Assembly (NCBI GenBank): GCA_965200315.1 | Contig: OZ241362.1 | Coordinates: 2,347,117 to 2,411,116 of the forward strand | Reading direction: 5' to 3' | DNA: 64,000 nucleotides | From: Candidatus Latescibacterota bacterium | GTDB taxonomy: Bacteria > Latescibacterota > UBA2968 > UBA8231 | In this document: in pieces, positions 9,406 to 20,306 of the stretch | How positions within the stretch are numbered: position 1 is the first letter of the stretch | Layout: each line of letters starts with the position of its first letter | Program-made: the position numbers and the translations under genes | Notes under the pieces: generated by a model | The model's database searches: none | The model's input: the letters and a program-made list of their open reading frames with translations, nothing else | Told to the model about the DNA's origin: nothing

Positions 9406-9468
9406 CGGCAATGCGTCCTTTGCTTGACAATTTTATGTCTTTTTTGTCATACTTAGCGCGGCTCTGCC

Positions 9469-10578
9469 ATGGACAAGCTACCCCTCGCGCTCGAACGCAA
9501 ACTCATCCGACTCGGCACTCGTCTCATCGACCAAAAGCGCGGCCGACGCCTCGTTGAGCCGACCCAAGACCGCGATGGCTTCTGGTTTGGCGGCGGCAAC
9601 TCGGTCCGCGACCCCAGCGATGGCAGCCTCTGGCTCATCGGCCGCTACCGAGACGCCGGCGACAGCCGCACCGGGCTGACCGCCGGCTCCCGAGGCCGCG
9701 CCTTGGCCATTTTTCGCTCAAAGGACAATGGACGGAGCTTTGCCGAGGTTCGCACTTGGAACAAGTCCGACCTCTACTGCGGCTCGGCCGTGCTCAGCAT
9801 CGAGGGCAGCACTCTGCGCCTCAACAAGAACCGCGTTCAAGTGCTGGTCTCCACCGAAAAAGTTCGCCTCTACCCACGGCCCGTCGCTGCTTTTCAGAAG
9901 CCGGGCACCGGCGTCTGGAGCATCGACGCCTTCTCTGCTACCTCCATTGACCGGCTCGACCCACAGGCGTCGCTTGCACCGCTGCTGATGAGCGACGATC
10001 CAGCCTATCTGCACCTCAAAGACCCCAACTTCTCGGACCGAAGGGGCCGGCAGCCTCTACTGTTCTATTGCGCTCATCCCTACACTTGGTCTGCAAGCAC
10101 TTCGGGCCACGGAGTACTGGCGGCTCATTCGTGCAAGAGCCACGGCCACGACTTCTTTCCCCGCGGCCCGACTTGGGATGCGGCGGCCTTGCGCGTCACC
10201 TGCCGTCTGTCCGTGCCCAAGGTGGGTGCATTCGCTTGTTTACCTGCGCTCTCGCTCTATTTCTACGACGGGGCCGAGTCTATGCGTCCGCTCAAAGCGC
10301 ATGCAAAAGGGGTCGTCCGGCCGCGCGGGTACTCCTGCGAGGAATTGGGAGGCTTGGCGTATGGCTTCGATCGCCAATTTCCGCGCCTTTACCGCCTCAG
10401 CCGTCTCCAGCCGCTCTTCGTCTCTCCAGAAGGCACGGGCTGCTCGCGCTACGTGTCCGTGCTGACAGAAGCGGACGGAGGGCTTTTCGCCACCTGGCAA
10501 CGCTCGACCCCTACCCGCTCGCAGCCGCTTTTCGGCCACCGGCTCACGCCAAGGCGGGTTGAGTCCCTGCTATCCTGA
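9469..10578 (+). CDS. hypothetical protein, possible beta-propeller (Asp-box-like SKDNGRSF)
   Basis: 369-aa ORF with coherent coding appearance and a single BNR/Asp-box-like motif. No signal peptide seen. The function assignment is weak. Confidence 0.5.
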   Translation: MDKLPLALERKLIRLGTRLIDQKRGRRLVEPTQDRDGFWFGGGNSVRDPSDGSLWLIGRYRDAGDSRTGLTAGSRGRALAIFRSKDNGRSFAEVRTWNKSDLYCGSAVLSIEGSTLRLNKNRVQVLVSTEKVRLYPRPVAAFQKPGTGVWSIDAFSATSIDRLDPQASLAPLLMSDDPAYLHLKDPNFSDRRGRQPLLFYCAHPYTWSASTSGHGVLAAHSCKSHGHDFFPRGPTWDAAALRVTCRLSVPKVGAFACLPALSLYFYDGAESMRPLKAHAKGVVRPRGYSCEELGGLAYGFDRQFPRLYRLSRLQPLFVSPEGTGCSRYVSVLTEADGGLFATWQRSTPTRSQPLFGHRLTPRRVESLLS

Positions 10579-10583
10579 AATTC

Positions 10584-11234
10584 TTAGGGGGCGTCCAGCC
10601 GCGCCCGCAGCCAAGAGTCCAAGTCCTCTAAGCACGGCTGGTCAATCGCGTGGGGCATATCGTATTCTTTGTACGACAAGTCCAACCCGAGGGGAGTGAG
10701 CAGGTCTCTGGAGGCGCGGGCTTGGGCAACGGGGATGACCGGATCAAAGCACCCATGCGACATAAAAATTTTCAGGCCCCGCACCGACGCCGTATCTTCC
10801 GGCAACATCTCCGGACTGCACAGCCCGCTCAATGCAATGGCCCCGGCAAAATCCCGAGGCCGCTTCAGCGCGGCAGCCAAGGCCATGCTCGCTCCTTGGC
10901 TGAACCCCGCGATGAAGATGCGATCTGGCCGGTGCGTGCTCCGCAGCGCGTCCACCAAGGCCAAGACCTGCCTCAGCGGTTCGGCCGCCTCGGCAAAATC
11001 AAAGCGCACCCCCTCTGCGCCGATCTCGATATTAAACCATGCAAAGCCGCCAAAATCGAGCGCGTAGGGCGCACGAACACTGACGCTAAGGAGCCGCGCA
11101 TCCAAGTGCGGCACCAAACCGAGTAGATCCTCCTCATTGGCACCATAGCCGTGCAAAAGCAGGAGCAGCGGTGCCCCTTTGAAAGGCGCGTCGGGCGACT
11201 TGTAGGAGACGTGGTAGAGAGATGCTTTAGCCAT
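10584..11234 (-). CDS. alpha/beta hydrolase, phospholipase/carboxylesterase family
   Basis: LLLLHGYGANEEDL, the nucleophile elbow GFSQGASMA, and a C-terminal HG..D..IP region. Confidence 0.82.
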   Translation of the reverse strand: MAKASLYHVSYKSPDAPFKGAPLLLLLHGYGANEEDLLGLVPHLDARLLSVSVRAPYALDFGGFAWFNIEIGAEGVRFDFAEAAEPLRQVLALVDALRSTHRPDRIFIAGFSQGASMALAAALKRPRDFAGAIALSGLCSPEMLPEDTASVRGLKIFMSHGCFDPVIPVAQARASRDLLTPLGLDLSYKEYDMPHAIDQPCLEDLDSWLRARLDAP

Positions 11235-11241
11235 GTCGCCG

Positions 11242-13347
11242 CTACGCTACCAAGACTTTGTACTGCCCGGCCCGCCGCAACACCATCACCATCCGCTCCT
11301 CTTGGCTGATTAGCTCATGCACGTGGAAATTGGGATGGGCTTTCTCGTTGCGCCACACGGTCTCGCCGTTGATTTCGATTTGGGGGAAGCGCTTGTCGCG
11401 GCGGGGTACGGACAGGTGCGTTTCGCCGTCGTGCGGCACAGCAAGACGCGCGGAAAAGCCGCCGCCATACGCCCCCCAAGCAACCTCGACATCGCCGTGT
11501 GGCGTGGGCACGACGCCCCCGGCGCGTTCGAGCCCGGACAATTGCGGCCGAATCTCCAAGATTCCCTCGGCTTTAGGAACCACCCCCAGAACGTGCGCCG
11601 CCAGCAAGCTCTCCGGTCCAGGTTGCGTGGCCAACGACCCGGCCTTCTCGCCCCATGTCCGGCCCGGGCTCGCCAGCAAGCGGCCCCATTTTCCCTGTAC
11701 GTAAGCCAAGGCCGCCGCGTCCGCACCCGCTCGCCACAGCGCCCCGGCGACAAAAAACGCCTGCCACAAATCGCCTTCTGACTCCAAGGCATCGGATAGG
11801 TGTTGCGCCACGCGCACTTGCTGCCTAGGGTTGGCCAAATCGAAGTAGAGCACCAGAGCATTCGTCCAGCGGCTGCAATCAGCGGACCCAGCAGCATCGG
11901 CAAAAAGCCCTTGCTCTTCGCTCCAAGCGGCTTGCAATTGCTTGCGCGCCCGGTGATGAGTGCGCTCGCATTGGACCGCTTGCTGGCGGTTCCTCGTGCG
12001 CCGACACAAGGCCGCGACCGCAAGCCAAGCCCCGGCCCGCAGAGCAACAGTAGTGGTCGCCTGCGCACCTTCGGCCTCGGCCGTTTGCAAGCTATTCACT
12101 AGCTCCGCTAGCCGCTCGGCAGTCAATCGGTCTCCGCTATAGCGCTGCGCCAGCTCGACGAACAATGCGTGGAAACAGGCTTGTTCTCCGCCGATCGGTG
12201 TCTTGCTGCCAGTCAGTACAGCGCACATCGTATCCACGCGGCCGGTCGCGGACAAATCGTTCATGGCCCAGACGTAGAGCTGGTCCCAGTTGAGCCGTTC
12301 CGTGCCGAGGGAATACACTTCTTGGCGGCTAGCGGCTAAGGTTTGCTCTCCGGTCCGCCACAGCCGCTCCCAATCTTCGCCCACGGTTGTAAAGCTCCCG
12401 CACGGCTCGACAACTACGCGCCGCTCCACCAGCGCGACACTGTCTATTTCCATGGCTTCTGGGCACGATCCGATCCGCACCACTAGGTAGCGGCACGTCG
12501 CCAATTGCGGCGCTGTCCACTCCTGCAATCCGTCGCGGCACACGTAGCGCAAGCGCGATTCCACTGCGCCGCCCGCCCGCGCAAAACCTAGGTCAAGCAC
12601 CGCGCCAGACCGACCTCGCAGCCGCAGATAGGGGAATCCGCAGAGCAACCGCCCGAAGTCCAAAACTAGGTATGCGGCCCGAGCTTCGTCTGTTGCCTGC
12701 ACCAAGGAGTGGGTTTTACCGCCTGTCAGCAACGCTTCTCGCCGTACGCATTTGGCGGTCTGCATGGCCTCGGGGGACGCGACCCATGAGAGCGCACCCC
12801 CGCTAGCTACCTCGCCAAAAGCCACCACCTCTCGCGCCCACACCATGCTTTCCACAGCCGGCAACGGCGACCAATCCATTGGCTCGGCTCCGGCCACCAC
12901 AGCCGCGTCCCGCCATCCCGCAAACTGCCCTTTGGCCCACTCAGCCGGTGCCAGCACGGCTGCGTAGCTAGCCGGACCCCAAGCATCGGCTGGCTGCACC
13001 TGCCAAGGCTCACCGGTGTACAGCACCTGCTCGGCCCCATCGCTGCGCTCGATTTTGCCCTCGGCGCGGAACCAGTCTGCTGCGCCGCAGCCGATGGCAA
13101 AGACCAACAGCACGTTTTCGCCCTCCCGCAACGCAGCGTCCAACGCAAACTGCTCCCACACGGGCACTTCAGCCACCGCTGGCCCCAATCCCCTACCCAC
13201 TCGCTCTCCATTCAAATACACCTCGTACGGCCCACTCGCAGCACAGCGCAGCAACCCTTTGGCTGCTGCGCTGGTCAGGTGAAACTCGAGGCGGATGTAC
13301 ACGGCCAGTGCGGCCGGGTGCCATATAGCTTGCGAGTGCATACTCAA
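11242..13347 (-). CDS. glycoside hydrolase-like protein (alpha-L-rhamnosidase / GH78-related six-hairpin type)
   Basis: N-terminal GPYEVYLNGERVGRG resembles the rhamnosidase N-domain. The C-terminal VLGVVPKAEGILEIRPQLSGLERAGGVVPTPHGDVEVAW resembles the GH78 C-terminal region. The family call is by eye only. Confidence 0.6.
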   Translation of the reverse strand: MSMHSQAIWHPAALAVYIRLEFHLTSAAAKGLLRCAASGPYEVYLNGERVGRGLGPAVAEVPVWEQFALDAALREGENVLLVFAIGCGAADWFRAEGKIERSDGAEQVLYTGEPWQVQPADAWGPASYAAVLAPAEWAKGQFAGWRDAAVVAGAEPMDWSPLPAVESMVWAREVVAFGEVASGGALSWVASPEAMQTAKCVRREALLTGGKTHSLVQATDEARAAYLVLDFGRLLCGFPYLRLRGRSGAVLDLGFARAGGAVESRLRYVCRDGLQEWTAPQLATCRYLVVRIGSCPEAMEIDSVALVERRVVVEPCGSFTTVGEDWERLWRTGEQTLAASRQEVYSLGTERLNWDQLYVWAMNDLSATGRVDTMCAVLTGSKTPIGGEQACFHALFVELAQRYSGDRLTAERLAELVNSLQTAEAEGAQATTTVALRAGAWLAVAALCRRTRNRQQAVQCERTHHRARKQLQAAWSEEQGLFADAAGSADCSRWTNALVLYFDLANPRQQVRVAQHLSDALESEGDLWQAFFVAGALWRAGADAAALAYVQGKWGRLLASPGRTWGEKAGSLATQPGPESLLAAHVLGVVPKAEGILEIRPQLSGLERAGGVVPTPHGDVEVAWGAYGGGFSARLAVPHDGETHLSVPRRDKRFPQIEINGETVWRNEKAHPNFHVHELISQEERMVMVLRRAGQYKVLVA

Positions 13348-14774
13348 TTTGCGGGCATCCGCATCCCTATCAGCCGCGTCCCTCGTTGACCCAGCACCCG
13401 TATCATAAACGCGTCTCCCGGCTCAATTTCCGCCAACGCATCCTCTAAGTCTTCCACCGTTTCCACCTGTTGGCGGTTGACCTCCTGAGTTTCCATCTGT
13501 TTGCGGTTGACCTCCTGAATGAGCAGTCCTCGGTGCAAACCCCGTCGTGCCGCCTCACTACCCCGTTTTACTCGGGCGACCAGAACCCCGTTCTCGTCCT
13601 CGTATCCTAGACGCTGCGCTAGCTTATCGGTCAGTTCCTGGACCTTCAGGCCCAGCACCCCTTGTTCTGAGTCTGCATCATCGCGTGAGCGACCAGCGGC
13701 CAGCGCTTCCTCAGTCCGCAGCTCTAGCTCGACTTTAATGCGTTTCTCTTTGCCATCCCGCAACACCAGCAACTCGACTTCGGTCCCCGGTGCCGTGCGT
13801 CCAATCCGGTCGCGAAATTCGGTTAAGTTGCGCATGGGTTGGCCATCAATAGCAATTGCTATATCGCCAACCTTGACGCCTGCTTTGTCTGCTGCTCCTT
13901 CCGACACCACTTCAGCGATCACCACGCCATGATTGCGGTCCAGCCCCATAGTCTCAGCCACTAGCGGATCCAAGTTGGCAATACTCACGCCGAGTAAGCC
14001 GCGCCGCACCTCCCCGTGCTCAACCAACTGCGCGACCACGTCCTTGACCAAGTTGATCGGAATGGCAAAGCCAAGACCTATATTGCCGCCGTTGCGGCTG
14101 ACGATGGCCGTGTTGATTCCCACGAGCTCGCCGTGCAGGTTGACCAGCGCCCCGCCACTATTGCCTGGATTGATCGCCGCGTCGGTCTGGATAAAGGAGC
14201 CGTACTCGCCAAAGAAGCGCTTCCGTCCTAGCCCACTGACGATGCCGGTAGAAACCGAATGGGAAAACGTCATAGGGCTTCCTATCGCTAGCACCCATTC
14301 GCCCTCCCGGATCTGGTCCGAATCACCCAGCACTACCGCCGGCAAATCTTTGGTATCGACCTTAAGCACGGCGATGTCGCTCAGGGAATCGCGGCCGATG
14401 ACCTCGGCTTCAAAGAAGCGAGAATCCGTCATCTCGACGCGGATATTGTCGGCGTGGCGAATCACGTGGTTGTTGGTGATAATGTACTGATCGCCGTTGA
14501 AGTTGATGCTTACTCCCGAACCTTGCCCATCGCGTTCGCGTGGCTGGTCAGGTAATTCAAAGGAGTCCCCCCAAGGGATGCCGCGCAGGGGAGAGCGCCC
14601 TTCGACATTGACAGTGCCCTCTGTGGTGATTTTTACGACGCCGGGCTTGACCTGAGCTACGACCTCGGCAAAGCCGTCGCTCATCTGACGCAGGAACTGC
14701 AAGTTCTCGCTAGCTTGGGCACTGCCAGCCACCGCGAGGCTTAGAATGAACAGGGAAAGGTACAACTTCCGCAT
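13344..14774 (-). CDS. periplasmic serine endoprotease, DegP/HtrA family, two PDZ domains
   Basis: Signal peptide MRKLYLSLFILSLAVAGSAQA. Catalytic motifs ITNNHVI and GNSGGALVN. Two PDZ-like segments. ATG at 14774 with GAGG upstream. Confidence 0.92.
   Translation of the reverse strand: MRKLYLSLFILSLAVAGSAQASENLQFLRQMSDGFAEVVAQVKPGVVKITTEGTVNVEGRSPLRGIPWGDSFELPDQPRERDGQGSGVSINFNGDQYIITNNHVIRHADNIRVEMTDSRFFEAEVIGRDSLSDIAVLKVDTKDLPAVVLGDSDQIREGEWVLAIGSPMTFSHSVSTGIVSGLGRKRFFGEYGSFIQTDAAINPGNSGGALVNLHGELVGINTAIVSRNGGNIGLGFAIPINLVKDVVAQLVEHGEVRRGLLGVSIANLDPLVAETMGLDRNHGVVIAEVVSEGAADKAGVKVGDIAIAIDGQPMRNLTEFRDRIGRTAPGTEVELLVLRDGKEKRIKVELELRTEEALAAGRSRDDADSEQGVLGLKVQELTDKLAQRLGYEDENGVLVARVKRGSEAARRGLHRGLLIQEVNRKQMETQEVNRQQVETVEDLEDALAEIEPGDAFMIRVLGQRGTRLIGMRMPAN
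13461..13520. repeat. 30-bp tandem duplication (2 copies, 3 mismatches) inside degP
   Basis: ttccacctgttggcggttgacctcctgagt / ttccatctgtttgcggttgacctcctgaat. It is in frame and encodes IQEVNRKQME / TQEVNRQQVE. Confidence 0.95.
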
Positions 14775-14844
14775 GGTATTTCCTCTCTGAAAAAGGGTTG
14801 AAAATACGGACATTTCTCAATATTCACAAAAAAGACGACAATCG

Positions 14845-17460
<2,616 letters not shown>

Positions 17461-17570
17461 GCCGGCTTCCTCCCAGAGTCGGTTTTGCCTGTCCGAATGA
17501 TTGCAAATACCGTACCAGTGCCGATGCGTGTCTTTTTGGATGCTGGGTTATTTGAAATAGAGGCCCATAT

Positions 17571-17610
17571 TGGAAAAATTGGCACTGGACTGAAAAAATT
17601 GGCACTGGAA
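17571..17610 (+). repeat. 20-bp tandem direct repeat (2 copies)
   Basis: tggaaaaattggcactggac / tgaaaaaattggcactggaa. An inverted partial copy (ccagtgcc) lies at 17514-17521. Confidence 0.9.
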
Positions 17611-17614
17611 TTGC
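17600..17614 (+). promoter_or_regulatory. sigma-54 (-24/-12) type promoter motif, rightward
   Basis: TGGCAC-TGGAA-TTGC matches the TGGCAC-N5-TTGC consensus exactly. It points away from clpB into a gap with no convincing ORF. Confidence 0.35.
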
Positions 17615-17739
17615 CTTTGGGAATGGCAGTCTGTCAGCTATAGGGAAATAGCTCGCATTGACTTTCTTCGCCTAAGATTTATGGGTAGCTCCTTTCCGTT
17701 ACGGTAAATAGGCAGACTTCTCCATATCTCTGGGAGAAC

Positions 17740-17777
17740 GTGAACAGGCCCGGCCCCGTTGGGGCCTCCCTGTTCAC
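17740..17777. other. stable imperfect hairpin in non-coding gap
   Basis: GTGAACAGG-CC-CGGCCCC-GTT-GGGGCC-TC-CCTGTTCAC, about 15 bp paired. A T-rich run (cttctttttttatttttt) follows about 25 nt downstream on the plus strand. Confidence 0.5.
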
Positions 17778-18056
17778 CTCGATCTAGAGATGTCTCATGC
17801 CTTCTTTTTTTATTTTTTCATAGCTATAAAGTTGAGCATCGTTCTGGCGTGGATGCTCCCTACCTCCCTTGGCAAGGGGATAGATAGGCGAGAGACGACA
17901 TCCGCGCTCGTGGGGAGGTGGGTCGCGGCTTACCTCCCCACACCTTCTTGCCGCTCGAGGGAGAACAAAGATCGACTCAGCGAAGCGTAAGGGCCTGACT
18001 GAGCCGGAACTTGCAGGAAATGCTGAAGGTCTGAAAATAGATGAGTCGGTGACAAT

Positions 18057-18473
18057 TCAATTTTCGTCCAGACCGATAGGCAAAGATCGAATGCGTATGC
18101 GGGCTTCCTCTAATACCACAATACTGCCCTGCAACAGTGCTTCCTCAAAACGGTCCAGATTGCTCAGCAGAAGCCGGAGTTGCTGTTCCGGCCACCACAA
18201 TACTGCCCTGCAACAGTGCTTCCTCAAAAGGCGGGTCGTGTTACGCCTGAACAAGATGATAGAAGGTTGAACTGCATGGCGGGTAGCTAGCAGGGTGCCA
18301 AAATCGGTATCCGCCGAGATCACGACCAGACCCTCCCGAGCTGCACGGTCGAAGATGACGACATCGGCAGCGTCTTTTAGGCCCCAGTCGCGCACGTGCT
18401 CAGCCAGATAGCCAGCCTGCCGCAACCCCTCTTCCAGCTTAGGCGATAGGGCATTATCCACCAAAAATTTCAT
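18057..18473 (-). CDS. DUF5615-type (PIN/Mut7-C-like) toxin, carrying an internal duplication
   Basis: [22 protein letters not shown]...[13 protein letters not shown] and [10 protein letters not shown] read like DUF5615 proteins. ATGA overlap with the upstream DUF433 gene. Confidence 0.75.
   Translation of the reverse strand: MKFLVDNALSPKLEEGLRQAGYLAEHVRDWGLKDAADVVIFDRAAREGLVVISADTDFGTLLATRHAVQPSIILFRRNTTRLLRKHCCRAVLWWPEQQLRLLLSNLDRFEEALLQGSIVVLEEARIRIRSLPIGLDEN
18115..18229. repeat. 36-nt perfect direct repeat (18115-18150 and 18194-18229) within the toxin gene
   Basis: accacaatactgccctgcaacagtgcttcctcaaaa occurs twice with a 79-nt offset. The copies are read in different frames ([12 protein letters not shown] versus [13 protein letters not shown]). 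Confidence 0.95.
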
Positions 18474-18706
18474 CCCGTGCCGGTCAAGGGCAACACCTGC
18501 TCGCGCACTGCTTCGGCCGCATAGTTCAAGGCTTGGCGAATATCATCCGGTTCGAGGTCGGGATAGGCTTGGAGAATCTCCTGTTGGCTCATATTCTCGG
18601 CGACCATCCCCACGACGGTCGCCACCGGGATACGCAGTCCCCGAATACAGGGGATGCCCCCCATTTGAGCCGGGCTTACTGTGATGCGCGTATATCTCAT
18701 AGTCAT
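18470..18706 (-). CDS. DUF433-family antitoxin-like protein
   Basis: [56 protein letters not shown] matches the DUF433 pattern (GG.PCIRG.RIPV ... YP.L...DI..AL.YA). ATG at 18706 or 18700 follows AGGAG. Confidence 0.8.
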   Translation of the reverse strand: MTMRYTRITVSPAQMGGIPCIRGLRIPVATVVGMVAENMSQQEILQAYPDLEPDDIRQALNYAAEAVREQVLPLTGTG

Positions 18707-18856
18707 AAGGCTCCTAGGCTGATAGATCGCTAGAACTTCCAAGACTACGCCCTAAGCGTCAACATCACCCTCTCGACATCGGCTTATTGAGGTTCACCAA
18801 ACTCGATTTATAACGTTCCCGTACTGGCATTGGGGAGCTTAACCACTAACCGCGGT

Positions 18857-20299
18857 CTAGCCGAGACGCAAGCGAAAGAACATCACAGAAACGGCAGTGC
18901 CCTTCGCTATTCCCGGTAAGAGGCCGCCGCGCATGGCGAGGCTGGCCTCTAAGAAACTGATCTGCACGGACGACAACACAAACGGGCCGAAAGCAAAGCC
19001 GACCGCCGAACTGCTGCTCCGCCCGCCCAGCGACAGGCCAATGCGAGCAGGCAACCAGTCCGCCAGCCAGTACTCGACCCCACCGGCTAGCCGCGGCCGA
19101 GCCCGCATCCCAAACTTAGAACTGAACGCTTGGTCCCAATTGCCAACCACCGTTAGCTGCGGCTTGGCCTGATAAGCTACTCCGAACCGCAGCGTGGCCG
19201 GTAGCGAGCGCGAGAACGGCTTTTGGCCGATCTGCTTGGTAAAGTCTGGATCGCCGTCGCCGTCGAAATCCGGGTTGTCGAAAACTTCCTCAATGGACCG
19301 CGAGTCCGCGTCTAAAAAGCGGGAGATGCGCAATTCGTTGGTCGCGAGAAAAATGGAGTCTTGGCGCGCTCCCCTGCTCCAAGAGAATGTGTCGAGCAGG
19401 TTAAGCGCGCTGAAGCTGAAGGTCGTCTTGCGGTTTTTGCTGCGGCCAGCAATGCCGACATCGAGGCCAACGCCGAAGCCCATGCGGGCGTGCTGGGCAA
19501 TCAGCCAAGCATCCGCCTCAGCACCGCCGACGCGAGCCACCAGCCCGGTGCCGCCGGATTCGATAATCTCTCCGTACGTGCCCAGCGAGAACTTGAGCGT
19601 ACTGCCAACTGTGAACTCGCTTAGATAGGGCGCGAGGCGAACTGGCATCGCGGGCTTTGCAGCAGCGACATTGAGCGTACCCACGGCCCATCCCGATCCA
19701 TTCCAGTCGCTGACGTCGTACCCTTCGCTCCTGCCGGCTGCTAAGCGGTCTTCCGCAAACTCGTTGCCAAAAAAGAACAACTCCAACACGTCCTTGGGAA
19801 TTTCGCTCTCCACCCCGCTGGTAAATCCCACGGCAATGGCCGAGCGCACTTCTCCGATGGCAAAGGCCACGCCCCCATTGATCGGGAGGCCCGCAACGAG
19901 CGTTGGCTCGATATCCCCGTTCATGCGCAGGCCCGCGTCTGGGATGTCGGCGAGCAGCTTTTTTTTCTCTACTGGGCTGATGTAGTAAGGGCTGCCGTTG
20001 GGAGACACCTTCTCGTTGGCGGCCGTGAAGTGGGCATTGTACGTGGCAACCGAAAAACTGTTGTTTTCGGCAACCAAGCAAAGGCCCACACCGAGCAAGT
20101 CCCAAGAAAACTTGCGGCTGTCCGCAAGCGCTAAATTCGCCGGATTCCAAAAGACGGCTTCCGGCCCGCGGGCCAAAGCCGTATAAGCCTGGCCCAGCGC
20201 CATAGCCCGCGGGCTAGCGTCGCCGGGAACGGCAGCCATCTGCTCGTAGGCCCCGGCGACGAACAGGGCCGATAGAACGATCAATCCCTTGCCTTGCAC
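18857..20299 (-). CDS. PorV/PorQ-like (FadL-like) outer-membrane beta-barrel protein, paralog 1
   Basis: GTG start and a signal peptide. N-terminal motif PRAMALGQAYTALARGPEAVFWNPANLA parallels the second paralog at 41689-42723. Alternating beta-strand pattern. Terminal residues FFRLRLG. Confidence 0.7.
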   Translation of the reverse strand: MQGKGLIVLSALFVAGAYEQMAAVPGDASPRAMALGQAYTALARGPEAVFWNPANLALADSRKFSWDLLGVGLCLVAENNSFSVATYNAHFTAANEKVSPNGSPYYISPVEKKKLLADIPDAGLRMNGDIEPTLVAGLPINGGVAFAIGEVRSAIAVGFTSGVESEIPKDVLELFFFGNEFAEDRLAAGRSEGYDVSDWNGSGWAVGTLNVAAAKPAMPVRLAPYLSEFTVGSTLKFSLGTYGEIIESGGTGLVARVGGAEADAWLIAQHARMGFGVGLDVGIAGRSKNRKTTFSFSALNLLDTFSWSRGARQDSIFLATNELRISRFLDADSRSIEEVFDNPDFDGDGDPDFTKQIGQKPFSRSLPATLRFGVAYQAKPQLTVVGNWDQAFSSKFGMRARPRLAGGVEYWLADWLPARIGLSLGGRSSSSAVGFAFGPFVLSSVQISFLEASLAMRGGLLPGIAKGTAVSVMFFRLRLG

Positions 20300-20306
20300 T
20301 TGTGCC

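Noticed and set aside
9420-9468. TTGACA ... ATACTT promoter-like motif upstream of the 9469 ORF
   Set aside because: The spacer is about 19 nt, and the promoter consensus for this lineage is unknown. It is not supportable as a feature from sequence alone.
17461-17570. Sigma-54 or heat-shock promoter for clpB on the minus strand
   Set aside because: The minus-strand GGCAC...TTGCA pair has an 11-nt spacer instead of 5. No CIRCE-like inverted repeat or clear sigma-32 motif was seen.
17571-17610. Possible CRISPR or other array, suggested by the tandem repeat
   Set aside because: There are only two directly abutting 20-bp units with no spacers. No cas genes are present and no repeat-spacer periodicity occurs anywhere in the window.
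17790-17990. 66-aa plus-strand ORF (MSHAFFFYFFIAIKLSIVLAW...) downstream of the sigma-54-like motif
   Set aside because: It has no convincing ribosome-binding site and an odd composition, and it lies in an AT-richer non-coding stretch. It is kept only as context for the sigma-54 finding.
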